Shown here in pieces: positions 35,785 through 44,928 of a DNA stretch of 64,000 bases. The stretch lies in the NCBI GenBank assembly GCA_005889405.1, contig VBFY01000056.1, forward strand, positions 46,389-110,388, given 5' to 3'. The notes under the pieces were generated by a model. It was given only the letters and a program-made list of their open reading frames with translations. It did no database searches and had not been told where the DNA came from. The DNA is from Chloroflexota bacterium (GTDB lineage: Bacteria > Chloroflexota > Limnocylindria > P2-11E). A program made the translations under genes and the position numbers. Positions within the stretch are counted from its first letter, which is position 1; each line of letters begins with the position of its first letter.

Positions 35785-36684
35785 CTAGGGACCACGTTCG
35801 GGACGGGGTCGATAGCCGCCGCCCGGCCGCGGTCCGTACCCACGGCGAGGGCCGTAGCCGCCACCCCCCGGACCGGCCGGCCTCGGCCGGAAGCCACCCC
35901 CGCCGGGCCCGCTCTCGCGGAACGGACCGCGCGCGCCAGGCGCCGTCGAGCTGATCACGACGCGACGGTTCGGCTCCATGCCGACGGACTCGGTCTTCAG
36001 ACCCTGCTGGCTTTGCACCGACAGGTGCACGATGCGCCGCTCGTACGCGAGCATCGGCTCGAGGGTCACGGCCTGTCCGCTCGCGCGCACCCGCGAGCCG
36101 ACGCGCTGGGCGATCTCGCGGAGCTGGTCCTCTCGGCGCCGCCGATAGCCTTCGATGTCGATCGGGACGTGCACGGAACGGCCGACCCGCTTCGACGTGA
36201 TGGCGCTCACGATCTGCTGCAGCGCGACGAGGTTCTCGCCGCCGCGCCCGATGAGCGCGCCGAGGTCGGTGCCGAGGACGTCGACTCCCTCCGACCCAGG
36301 GCGATCCTCGAGCGTGACCTCGGCGTCGACGCCCATCGCCTCCAGCAACTCGCGCAGCACGGCGGCACCGAGGGCGAGCTCTTCCGCAAAGGCGGGTGAT
36401 GCCTCGTCGCTGTCTTCCTCGCGTGCGACGCGTACCGAGCCCGGATGCCGCGGGACCTCGGCCTCGTCGATCACGGCGTCGGGCTCGGCCGGGCGCTCCT
36501 CCTCCTGGAACGACAGCAGGACCCGCGCGTCCTCGCCGCCCATGCCGAGTACGTTCGCGGGCTTGCCCTTCTCCAGGATCTCGATGTCTACCTCGGTCCG
36601 TTTGCGACCGAGCGCCCTCAGCCCGCGCTCGATCGCTTCTTCGACCGTGCGACCGGTGAACTCCTCCCCGCGCAGTGGGCTCAT
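35785..36684 (-). CDS. khpB: Jag/KhpB RNA-binding protein (Jag_N + KH + R3H) with an RGG-rich tail
   Basis: R3H/KH region (IDIEGYRRRREDQLREIAQRV...) and conserved position after yidC. Confidence 0.8.
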   Translation of the reverse strand: MSPLRGEEFTGRTVEEAIERGLRALGRKRTEVDIEILEKGKPANVLGMGGEDARVLLSFQEEERPAEPDAVIDEAEVPRHPGSVRVAREEDSDEASPAFAEELALGAAVLRELLEAMGVDAEVTLEDRPGSEGVDVLGTDLGALIGRGGENLVALQQIVSAITSKRVGRSVHVPIDIEGYRRRREDQLREIAQRVGSRVRASGQAVTLEPMLAYERRIVHLSVQSQQGLKTESVGMEPNRRVVISSTAPGARGPFRESGPGGGGFRPRPAGPGGGGYGPRRGYGPRPGGGYRPRPERGP

Positions 36685-37652
36685 CGCTTCCCCCTCCTCC
36701 GTCCGCGGCGGCGACCGCCGTTCGAGGCGCCTGACGCCGTGGGCACTGCCTCGGGGTCGTCCGCCTCTTCCTTGTCCTTGTCCTTCATATCCTTACGCGC
36801 CTCGACGATCGCGGCCTGCTCACGACGATGGAGCTCGCGGTCCGCGGGCGTCGGGATGCCGCGCAGGAACGGAAGGTATTTCGGCAGCTGTCCCCAACCA
36901 CTCACGAAGTACTGCTGCACGATCTGGAACAGCGTCGTCGTGATCCAGTAGAGCGTGAGGCCGGCGGGGAACTGCGCGCCGATGACCACTGTGATGAGCG
37001 GGAACGTGTACGCCATCGACTGGGTCATGCGCTGCGCCGTGTCGCCGGTCTGGACCTGCTTGACCGGCATCGCCATGACCGAGGCGATGAGCTGCACTGC
37101 GCCGGCCAGCACCGGCAGGATGAAGAACGGATCGCGGTGCTGCAGACCTTCGATGATCCATGGCAGCCAGTGCGCGGTCGTGTCGAGTGACCCGTCGGGC
37201 GGGATCGGATTGGAGATGAACGCGTAACGGAAGCTCTCGACCATGTCGTGCGTCAAACCGGGACAGAGATTGCCTGGGGGTGGGCCGAGCCCGCAGCCAA
37301 GCTGCAGCAATGAGTTGTACAGCGCGATCAGGAGTGGCATCTGCAACACCAGCGGCAAGCATCCGGCGGCAGGGTTCACGCCGCGCTCGCTGTAGAGCTT
37401 CATCTGTTCCTGGCTGAAGCGCTGACGATCTTTGCCGTACTTCTTCTTGAGGTCCTCCATCGCCGGCGCGACCTCTTGCATCGCGCGCTGCGAGCGGATC
37501 TGCGTCACGTAGAGCGGATACAGCGCGAGCCGGATCGTGATCGTGACCAGCACGATCGCGAGGCCGAAGTCGTGGACGATCGAATACGCGAACAGGGTCA
37601 GGTTCATGACCGGATGGACGAGGAGCGTGTTCCACAGCGTCAGGAGGTCCAT
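36681..37652 (-). CDS. yidC: membrane protein insertase YidC (short Gram-positive type)
   Basis: YidC/Oxa1 core helices and charged C-terminal tail. The stop overlaps the jag start. Confidence 0.9.
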   Translation of the reverse strand: MDLLTLWNTLLVHPVMNLTLFAYSIVHDFGLAIVLVTITIRLALYPLYVTQIRSQRAMQEVAPAMEDLKKKYGKDRQRFSQEQMKLYSERGVNPAAGCLPLVLQMPLLIALYNSLLQLGCGLGPPPGNLCPGLTHDMVESFRYAFISNPIPPDGSLDTTAHWLPWIIEGLQHRDPFFILPVLAGAVQLIASVMAMPVKQVQTGDTAQRMTQSMAYTFPLITVVIGAQFPAGLTLYWITTTLFQIVQQYFVSGWGQLPKYLPFLRGIPTPADRELHRREQAAIVEARKDMKDKDKEEADDPEAVPTASGASNGGRRRGRRRGKR

Positions 37653-37867
37653 CAGTGCTCCGGCACCGGGTCATATCCGCCGGGGCTGAAGGGGTTGCAC
37701 GAGAACACACGGCGCGTCGCGAGCCAACCGCCGCGAAGCACACCGTGCTTCTCGATCGCCTCCATCGCGTACTCGGAGCAAGTGGGCGTGTACCGGCAGG
37801 CTGGCGGTAGAAGCGGGCTGACGCGCGTCTTGTAGAGGCGCAGCGCGCCCAGCATGAGTGTTTTCAT
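37652..37867 (-). CDS. yidD: membrane protein insertion efficiency factor YidD
   Basis: 71 aa with the conserved pattern ...Y..SPLLPP.CRY.PTCSEYA..A...G. Confidence 0.85.
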   Translation of the reverse strand: MKTLMLGALRLYKTRVSPLLPPACRYTPTCSEYAMEAIEKHGVLRGGWLATRRVFSCNPFSPGGYDPVPEH

Positions 37868-38205
37868 CGAGATGACTGGCGCGCGCTGCCAAGAGCCGCC
37901 TCAGCCGCGGCGCGTAAAGCCGAAAAATCCGCGGCGATCGCGTCGCGGCGCACCGTCACCACGATGTCCAGCGCGGGCGTGATATCGGCGGCGGCGCACG
38001 CCTGGCGGAAGGCTTCACGCACGCGACGCCGCGCGCGATTGCGGATCGTCGAGAGCCCCACGGTGCGCGGCGCCGACACCGCTAGGCGCATCACGTTCAG
38101 GTCATTGGGGCGCAGGCGCGCGGTGAATGCGACATCGCGTACGCCGCGCCCGATCTTTCGCACGGTCGCGATATCGGTGGACCGCCGCAAACGCGCGGCG
38201 TTCAT
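37864..38205 (-). CDS. rnpA: ribonuclease P protein component
   Basis: ~113 aa basic protein (MNAARLRRSTDIATVRKIGRGVRDVAF...RRRVREAFR) in the rpmH-rnpA-yidD-yidC context. The upstream part of ORF 37864..38631 is not coding for RnpA. Confidence 0.8.
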   Translation of the reverse strand: MNAARLRRSTDIATVRKIGRGVRDVAFTARLRPNDLNVMRLAVSAPRTVGLSTIRNRARRRVREAFRQACAAADITPALDIVVTVRRDAIAADFSALRAAAEAALGSARQSSR

Positions 38206-38219
38206 GTCGGCGAGGTCGT

Positions 38220-38357
38220 TCAGGCGACGGTCAGTCGCTTCCGTCCACGCGCGCGACGTTGTGCCAACACCTTGCGGCCGCCCGTCGTCTTCATCCGCGC
38301 GCGAAAACCGTGCACTCGCGCGCGGCGACGCGTCTTCGGCTGATACGTGCGCTTCAC
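38220..38357 (-). CDS. rpmH: 50S ribosomal protein L34
   Basis: Not in the ORF track. GTG start with SD; the product is [45 protein letters not shown] (canonical L34). Confidence 0.85.
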   Translation of the reverse strand: MKRTYQPKTRRRARVHGFRARMKTTGGRKVLAQRRARGRKRLTVA

Positions 38358-38566
38358 GAACTGTCCCTTCTCCCCCGAAAAAAATGGACGAACAAACGAA
38401 GAGCGGATCCTCTATGTGTGCGAGAAAGTCTAGCAGTGTGACTGTGCTACTGTTCCGTGGCTTCCAGCGGGCGGATCTTCTTCGTTTTCGCGTTCGGTGT
38501 GGCGGCATCTCGCGTGATCGTGTTGTGGGGAGCGTCGTTGTGGTCGAGCGCAGAGAAGGGGAGCCG

Positions 38567-39937
38567 TTGAACCTCAAGCAGCTCTGGCACGGGGCCCTCG
38601 GCGAGCTGCAGCTCGGACTCACCAAAGCCAATTACGACACGTGGTTCAAAGACACCGCGATCGTCTCCGAAGAGGACGATGTCTATTGCGTCGGCGTTCC
38701 CAACGCCTTTGCTCGCGAGTGGCTCGAGAACAAGTATCGGCAGCAGGTGCGGGACGCGCTGCGGCACCTCGTCGGCCGCACGGTGGACGTGCGTTTCGTG
38801 ACGCTCACGGCCGCGTCGGTGCGCTCCGATCGTCCGGTCGCGGGCGGCGGCGGCGGTTCATCCGCCACGACCTCGGCGGCGCCCGCGCAGGACCGCCGTG
38901 ACGCGACCGCCGCGGCGCTGCTCAACGCGCGTTACACGTTCTCCACGTTCGTGGTCGGTTCGAACAACCGTTTGGCGCACGCGGCGGCGCTCTCTGTCGC
39001 CGAGCGACCGGGCCACAGCTATAACCCGCTCTTCATCTACGGCGGCTCCGGCCTCGGCAAGACGCATCTGATGCACGCGATCGGTCATGCCGTGATCTCC
39101 CGTCACCCGAAGAAGCGCGTCGCCTACGCGACCAGTGAGAAGTTCACGAACGAGTTCATCAATTCGATCCGCGGCCAGAAGAGCGAGGAGTTCCGCGAGC
39201 GGTATCGGCGCATCGACGTGCTCCTCATCGACGACATCCAGTTCCTCACGGGCAAAGAGGGCACGCAGGAAGAGTTCTTCCACACGTTCAACGCCATCCA
39301 CGAAGAGGGGAAGCAGATCGTCCTCTCAAGCGACCGTCCGCCCAAAGCGATCGAGCGGCTCGAGGACCGGCTCCGCTCCCGTTTTGAGTGGGGTCTCATC
39401 GCCGATATCTCGACGCCGGACCTCGAGACCCGGATCGCGATCCTCCGCGCGAAGGCAGAGGCTCAGTCGGTCGCAGTGCCGCCACCGGTCATCGACTTTC
39501 TCGCGCAGCGGATCGTGTCGAACATCCGCGAGCTCGAGGGCGCGCTCACGAGGATCGTCGCGTATGCGACCCTGAGCGCGGTCCCGGTCACGACCCAGCT
39601 CGCCCAGGAGATGCTCCAGAACATCCTCTACAACCCGCGACAGAAGACGCTGTCACCGGATCGCATTGTCGAGACGGTCGCGCGCTACTACGGAGTGCCG
39701 TCCGAGCAGCTGCGGGGCAAGGCACGTGACAAGCAAGTCGTCCTGCCGCGCCAGATCGCGATGTACCTCATGCGCGAGGAGACTGAGGCGCCGCTGATGC
39801 GGATCGGGGAAGCCCTGGGAGGCCGCGACCACTCCACGGTCCTGCACGGCTGCGAGAAGATCGAGCGAGAGATGGCCGAGAACGACGACTTCCGACGGGA
39901 CGTTGGCGCCCTCCGGGAGATGCTGTACTCGGATTAG
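38567..39937 (+). CDS. dnaA: chromosomal replication initiator protein DnaA
   Basis: TTG start with SD gaaggggag. N-terminus LNLKQLWHGALGELQLGL...NAFAREWLENKY. AAA+ Walker A GGSGLGKTHL and a C-terminal DNA-binding domain. The ORF-track N-terminal extension is the rpmH-side spacer. Confidence 0.9.
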   Translation: MNLKQLWHGALGELQLGLTKANYDTWFKDTAIVSEEDDVYCVGVPNAFAREWLENKYRQQVRDALRHLVGRTVDVRFVTLTAASVRSDRPVAGGGGGSSATTSAAPAQDRRDATAAALLNARYTFSTFVVGSNNRLAHAAALSVAERPGHSYNPLFIYGGSGLGKTHLMHAIGHAVISRHPKKRVAYATSEKFTNEFINSIRGQKSEEFRERYRRIDVLLIDDIQFLTGKEGTQEEFFHTFNAIHEEGKQIVLSSDRPPKAIERLEDRLRSRFEWGLIADISTPDLETRIAILRAKAEAQSVAVPPPVIDFLAQRIVSNIRELEGALTRIVAYATLSAVPVTTQLAQEMLQNILYNPRQKTLSPDRIVETVARYYGVPSEQLRGKARDKQVVLPRQIAMYLMREETEAPLMRIGEALGGRDHSTVLHGCEKIEREMAENDDFRRDVGALREMLYSD

Positions 39938-40293
39938 CCTCGGGGCGTCAAAACCCCCAGAAATACCGTGGGTTTCGCGGCGGTGTCCGGGTGTGGATAA
40001 GCCCGCACAATGTGTGGATAAGCGCACCCATTTGTGGACATGTGCACCAAGACCGTGTTTGATACAACAACGACCGTTGCGTACTAAGACATCGAAGGGG
40101 CTGGCTACCTCGGTGGTCCCCAGGTCGTCCAACGCGAGTCAACAGGAGGCCTCGAGCACACGCGGGCACGCCACGAACACGCCGGACCAGTCGTGACGCG
40201 ACAACAGCATCTCGGAACGCTCATAGTCCACACCACTACTGCTGGTACCAGCGTCTTCATAGATCTTTTCGGGGAAGGTACGGAGGATCCGCG
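39938..40293 (+). promoter_or_regulatory. putative oriC: DnaA-box cluster in the dnaA-dnaN intergenic region
   Basis: Two perfect TGTGGATAA boxes (39992-40000, 40013-40021), one TGTGGACA (40033-40040) and a weaker forward gTCCACAc (~40220). The flanking sequence is relatively AT-rich (gtgtttgatacaacaacgacc). Confidence 0.55.
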
Positions 40294-41421
40294 TTGAAGG
40301 TCACTTGTCTACAGGAGAACCTCGCGCGCGGGCTCCAGATCGCTGGACGAGCGGTCTCGACGCGAGGCAGCCTGCCGATCCTTGGGAATGTCCTACTTCG
40401 TACCGAGAGCGGCCGTCTCAAGCTCACCGCGACGAACCTGGAGGTCGGAATCAACTGCTGGGTACCAGCGAAGGTCGATGACGAAGGCGCGATCACGGTG
40501 CCGGCGAAGCTCTTCACCGACTTCGTGAATTCGCTGCCCGCTGGCCCGACCGAGCTCTCTCTCAACGTTCGTACGAAGACGGTCCATCTGAAGCGCGATC
40601 CATACGAAGCGAACTTCAAAGGCATGGACGCTGAGGAGTTTCCGATCATCCCGGTCGCACCGGACAAGCCGACGACGCGTGTAAGCAAGTCGATACTCCG
40701 GCGCATGATCGGCGAGGTCGCTTTCGTCGCGACGACCGACGACAGCCGGCCCGTCCTCACCGGCGTGCTGACCACGCTCGAGAGTGACAAGATCACGATG
40801 GCCGCGGCTGACCCGTACCGCCTCTCCGTACGTAACGCGAAGCTGATGGACCGAGTCGAGGGCAAGCTCGAGGTGATTATCCCCGCGCGCAGCTTGCAGG
40901 AAGTGCAGCGCGTCCTCGACGACAGCGAGGATCCGGTCGACATCTTCGTGACTCCGAACGGCAGCCAGGTGATCTTCCACACGCCGGAGGTAGACCTCGT
41001 GTCGCGTGTGATCGAGGGCCAGTTCCCGAACTACCGCCAGGTGATCCCACAGGGCAAACCGGCCACGCGGCTCGTGGCGCAGCGGGAGGAGCTGCTGCAG
41101 GCAACGCGGCTCGCCTCCCTGTTCGCGCGCGACTCGGCGAACATGCTTCGGTTCCAGGTGAACCCGGCGGATCATCCGCCGCTCGTGATCAGCGCGAACG
41201 CCGCCGAGGTCGGGGACCAAACGGCGAAGGTGGAGGCGACCGTCGAGGGACAGAACACCACCATCGCGTTCAACTCACGGTTCATCTACGACGCGCTCGG
41301 CAGTCTGACCGCGTCCGAGGTCGCGCTTGAGCTCGGCGGGCCGCTCGCGCCAGGTGTCATCAAGATCGTCGGCGATCCCGACTACCTTCACGTGGTGATG
41401 CCGCTCCGCATCCCGGCCTAG
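40294..41421 (+). CDS. dnaN: DNA polymerase III beta subunit (sliding clamp)
   Basis: 375 aa with a three-domain clamp pattern. TTG start with SD ggagga. Confidence 0.9.
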   Translation: MKVTCLQENLARGLQIAGRAVSTRGSLPILGNVLLRTESGRLKLTATNLEVGINCWVPAKVDDEGAITVPAKLFTDFVNSLPAGPTELSLNVRTKTVHLKRDPYEANFKGMDAEEFPIIPVAPDKPTTRVSKSILRRMIGEVAFVATTDDSRPVLTGVLTTLESDKITMAAADPYRLSVRNAKLMDRVEGKLEVIIPARSLQEVQRVLDDSEDPVDIFVTPNGSQVIFHTPEVDLVSRVIEGQFPNYRQVIPQGKPATRLVAQREELLQATRLASLFARDSANMLRFQVNPADHPPLVISANAAEVGDQTAKVEATVEGQNTTIAFNSRFIYDALGSLTASEVALELGGPLAPGVIKIVGDPDYLHVVMPLRIPA

Positions 41422-41424
41422 CGA

Positions 41425-42540
41425 GTGCGCGTCGCCACACTCGCGCTCGAGGACTTCCGCAGCTACGCACAGGTCGAGCTCCCCCTCGTGAGTGGGGCCA
41501 CCGCTTTTGTCGGACCGAATGGGGCCGGTAAGACCAACCTCCTGGAGGCGATCCATCTCATCGCGCGCGGCGACTCGCCACGCGCTCGTGATGACACGGA
41601 GATGGTCCGTTGGGGCGCGAACACAGCGCGGGTTCGCACCGAAGTCGATCGCGTCGAAGACCACCGCCGCATCGAAACGCTGCTCTTCGCGCCACCCGAC
41701 GGGGAGCGCCGGCGGCCGCGACGGTACCTGCTCGACGGTGCCCCGAAGCGGTCGGAAGATGCGGCCGGCGAGCTCGTCGTCGTCGCGTTCTTTCCTGAGG
41801 ACGTCGAGCTGCTGGGCGCCGCCCCGAGCGCGCGTCGCCGCTTCCTTGACGCGATGCTGGGTCAGATCGACCGTGCGCATCGGCGCGAGATGCGTGAGCT
41901 GCAACACGTGCTCGAACAGCGCAACGCGCTCCTGCGCGTCGCGCGCGAGGAGCTCGAGCTGCCCGAAGCGGAGATCGCTTTCTGGGACGCCGAGCTCATT
42001 CGACTCTCGGCTGCGATCTCGCTCCGACGGTCGCGGCTCGCGACCGAGCTTTCGGCGCCGTTCGTCAGCGCGACCGAACTCTTCACCGGCGCCGAGGGAC
42101 TCACCCTCGCGTACGCGGGACAGGTGGAGGGCGCCACGCTGGAGGAGCGCGCGAACGCGTACGCGCGTCTGGTGCGCGAGAAACGCGAACGCGAGCGCTG
42201 GCAGGGAACATCGCTCGTCGGGCCTCAGCGCGACGATCTTGTCGTCACCTCTGACGGCCGTATGTTGCCGGCCTTCGCGTCGCGCGGGGAGCATCGGAGT
42301 GCGGTGCTCTCGCTCAAGATCGCGGAGGCGGCGTGGCTCGCATCGCGCGTCGGGGAGCAGCCGGTCTTCCTGCTCGACGACGTGCTCTCGGAGCTCGACC
42401 CCGCGCGGCGGGAGGCGCTGGCGAACGCGATCCCGCAGGACGCGCAGACGCTGCTCACCGCGGCGATCGTCACGGCCCTGCCCGACGTGCTGCGGGAGCG
42501 CGCGGCGGTGGTGCCAGTGCGGCGGGGCGAGGTCGGATGA
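41425..42540 (+). CDS. recF: DNA replication and repair protein RecF
   Basis: Walker A GPNGAGKTNLLEA, signature and D-loop (FLLDDVLSELD). Confidence 0.9.
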   Translation: MRVATLALEDFRSYAQVELPLVSGATAFVGPNGAGKTNLLEAIHLIARGDSPRARDDTEMVRWGANTARVRTEVDRVEDHRRIETLLFAPPDGERRRPRRYLLDGAPKRSEDAAGELVVVAFFPEDVELLGAAPSARRRFLDAMLGQIDRAHRREMRELQHVLEQRNALLRVAREELELPEAEIAFWDAELIRLSAAISLRRSRLATELSAPFVSATELFTGAEGLTLAYAGQVEGATLEERANAYARLVREKRERERWQGTSLVGPQRDDLVVTSDGRMLPAFASRGEHRSAVLSLKIAEAAWLASRVGEQPVFLLDDVLSELDPARREALANAIPQDAQTLLTAAIVTALPDVLRERAAVVPVRRGEVG

Positions 42541-42830
42541 GGCCGATCGCCCACGCGATCCAGAGTGCGCTGCGGACGCTGGGGATCGAGCGGGGCGTCG
42601 CGCGCGCCGACGCTGTTCGCGCTTGGCACGCGGCCGCAACGATGGTGCTCGGCGCGGACGCGGTGTCAACGCGTGCCGTGCGGGCCGACGGCGACACGCT
42701 GGTGGTGCTGGTGCCGACCGCGCAGTGGGCGGGAGAGATCCGACTCCGCGAGCGCGAGCTTCTGGTGGCGCTCGCGGACCGCGCGCCCGCGAGCCGCATC
42801 GCGCGTCTTCGATGCGTTCCCTCGCCGTGA
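42537..42830 (+). CDS. DUF721 domain protein (recF-adjacent; Rv0004-like)
   Basis: 97 aa. The ATG overlaps the recF stop (ATGA). Pattern ...WHAAATMVLGADAVSTRAVRADGDTLVVLVPTAQWAGEI. Confidence 0.7.
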   Translation: MRPIAHAIQSALRTLGIERGVARADAVRAWHAAATMVLGADAVSTRAVRADGDTLVVLVPTAQWAGEIRLRERELLVALADRAPASRIARLRCVPSP

Positions 42831-42858
42831 CGCGGCGGGTCTGGGACACTCGCGACCG

Positions 42859-44928
42859 ATGCCACAGCTGAGCTTCGTCACGACGGTCGGCAGCACGGCG
42901 GACGTGCGAGCAAGCCGCGCCGACGTGATCCTCGTCAGCGAGCCTGAGACCGGGGCGACTCTTCGTACCAAGGGCCGGCTCTACCTGCTGTTCGAAGCGT
43001 CGCCGCCCGGACCCGCGGAAAAGCTCGCCCGCGAGGTCGCCGAGCTCACGCGTCAGGAGTACTACTACGACCTTTCCGCGGGGATCGAGGTCTCGCTGCG
43101 ACGCGCGCTGCGGCAGGCGAACCGCCGCGCGACGCAGCGGCTTCGCGAGAACCGCGGGTCGACGACGCTGCAGTGCGCGTGCGCCGTGATCGTGAACAAC
43201 GAGCTCTACACCTCGCGCGTCGGCGGCGCGCAGGTGTTCCTCGTCCGTCGCGCACGGCTCTTCCTCCCCGGTGACGAGCCCGGCGAGCTCGCCGACTTCG
43301 TCCACCGCACCACGACACGCGAGGCCACGTCGCTCGGCACGGACGCCGACGTGCTGCCAAAGGTGTGGCGCCAGTCGATCGAGGCGGGCGACACGGTCAT
43401 CCTCGCGAGCGCCGCACTCGTCGACGGGCTCGGCGCCGAGGCGCTCAAGAGCGCGGCGGTCACGCTTCATCCGCGGTCGGCTGCCGAGCACATCCACAAT
43501 CGCGCGGTCGCGGACGGCGTGGTCGGGAGCGACGCGGTGATCTTCATCGAGGTCGCGCAGTCCACGAGCGCGGCCGCCCGTCTCGCGCCAGAGCCGGCGC
43601 CGATCGTACGGCCGGCCGAGGTCGCCGTGGCGGATGGGATCCGGATGAGGCTGGACGTGGTGAACCGTATCGGGCAGAACGCCCGGCGGCTGCTGCGCGG
43701 CGCGACGACGCCGGTGACCTCGGCGGCGACAAAGAGCGTCGCCGTCGGTCTCGAGCTCATGCCGCGCCGCGGTGCGGCGCTGCCCCGTCACCCCGACACG
43801 GCACGCTCGCGTTCGCGCCGGCAGCGTCGCGCCATGACGACGCTCGCCGTGCTGCTCCTCGTCGCGGCGACCGGCGTGGGCGCACTCGCCTATCGCGACT
43901 ACGAGTCGACCCGGGCCGGTCGCGAGTACCAGCTCGCCGTCGCCAACGCGGAGGACTTCATCGCGTCGGCACACCGTCTGGCCGATCGCAAGCCGCCGGA
44001 TCCCGACGGCGCGCGCGAGCGCATGGCCAGCGCGACCGCGAAACTCGACGAAGCGAGCCGCTCGACATTCGCGGATCCGGAGAAGATCGCTGCCCTGCGC
44101 GCGGATATCGCGGCCCTCTCCGACCGTCTCGACGGCGTGATCCTCGATCTCGCGCGGTTCGGGACCGGAACGAAGCTCGCGCAGGTCGTCGGGAACGTGA
44201 ACGGTCTGTACGTCACCGACCCCGGCTCCGGACGGCTCTGGCGCGTGTTCGGCGATCCGATCCAGCAGGGGCCGGTGCTCCAGCGCGGCGTCAAAGGCGT
44301 TGGCTCGCCGGTGCAGATCGCGCTCGAGGACTTCGCGGTCTACTCGCTCGACGACGCGGGCAAGCTGTGGCGTGCCGAGGGCGATCAGGTCGCCGACGTG
44401 ACCCCCGCCGAGCGTGAGAAGTGGAAGACGCCAGCCGCCCTCGCGGTGTTCGCCAGCAACCTGTACGTCCTCGACGGCGAGACCGGCCAGCTGTGGAAGC
44501 ACGAGTCGAACGACGGCGTTCGCTTCGGCCCGGCCATCGGGTATCTCGCGACGCCGCTCGCCCCGAACACAGCCCGAGCGCTCGCTGTCGACGGCGATGT
44601 CTGGATCGTGACCTCCTCCGGAGACCTGCAACGATTCCGCCGCAACCCGCTCGTCACGACCACCTCGCGCATCGACTTCGTTCCGCGCTGGGAGGGAACG
44701 GCGCCGCGCGCGAACGCCGTCCAGGCCATCGACACGCAGGGATCGATCTATGTGCTCGACTCGGGCGGCAAGCTCATCGTCCAGCTCACGCGCGAGGGCC
44801 GCGAGTTGGCGCGGTTCGCGCTGCCACCCGGACTGCCGCCGGCCGCGAGCTTCTACGTCTCCGAGTCGCTGAAGGTCGCCTACACACTTCACGGGACGAA
44901 GATCGTCGCCACGAGCATCGTGCGTTGA
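42859..44928 (+). CDS. membrane protein: N-terminal PP2C-fold pseudophosphatase domain, one TM helix, and C-terminal beta-propeller-like repeats
   Basis: Residues ~20-320 follow PPM motif order but lack the metal-binding Asp residues (EASPPG for DGxGG; GGAQ for GDSR; SAAL for SDGL). TM helix MTTLAVLLLVAATGVGALAY. Repeats GLYVTDPGSGRLW / LYVLDGETGQLW / IYVLDSGGKLI. Confidence 0.6.
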   Translation: MPQLSFVTTVGSTADVRASRADVILVSEPETGATLRTKGRLYLLFEASPPGPAEKLAREVAELTRQEYYYDLSAGIEVSLRRALRQANRRATQRLRENRGSTTLQCACAVIVNNELYTSRVGGAQVFLVRRARLFLPGDEPGELADFVHRTTTREATSLGTDADVLPKVWRQSIEAGDTVILASAALVDGLGAEALKSAAVTLHPRSAAEHIHNRAVADGVVGSDAVIFIEVAQSTSAAARLAPEPAPIVRPAEVAVADGIRMRLDVVNRIGQNARRLLRGATTPVTSAATKSVAVGLELMPRRGAALPRHPDTARSRSRRQRRAMTTLAVLLLVAATGVGALAYRDYESTRAGREYQLAVANAEDFIASAHRLADRKPPDPDGARERMASATAKLDEASRSTFADPEKIAALRADIAALSDRLDGVILDLARFGTGTKLAQVVGNVNGLYVTDPGSGRLWRVFGDPIQQGPVLQRGVKGVGSPVQIALEDFAVYSLDDAGKLWRAEGDQVADVTPAEREKWKTPAALAVFASNLYVLDGETGQLWKHESNDGVRFGPAIGYLATPLAPNTARALAVDGDVWIVTSSGDLQRFRRNPLVTTTSRIDFVPRWEGTAPRANAVQAIDTQGSIYVLDSGGKLIVQLTREGRELARFALPPGLPPAASFYVSESLKVAYTLHGTKIVATSIVR

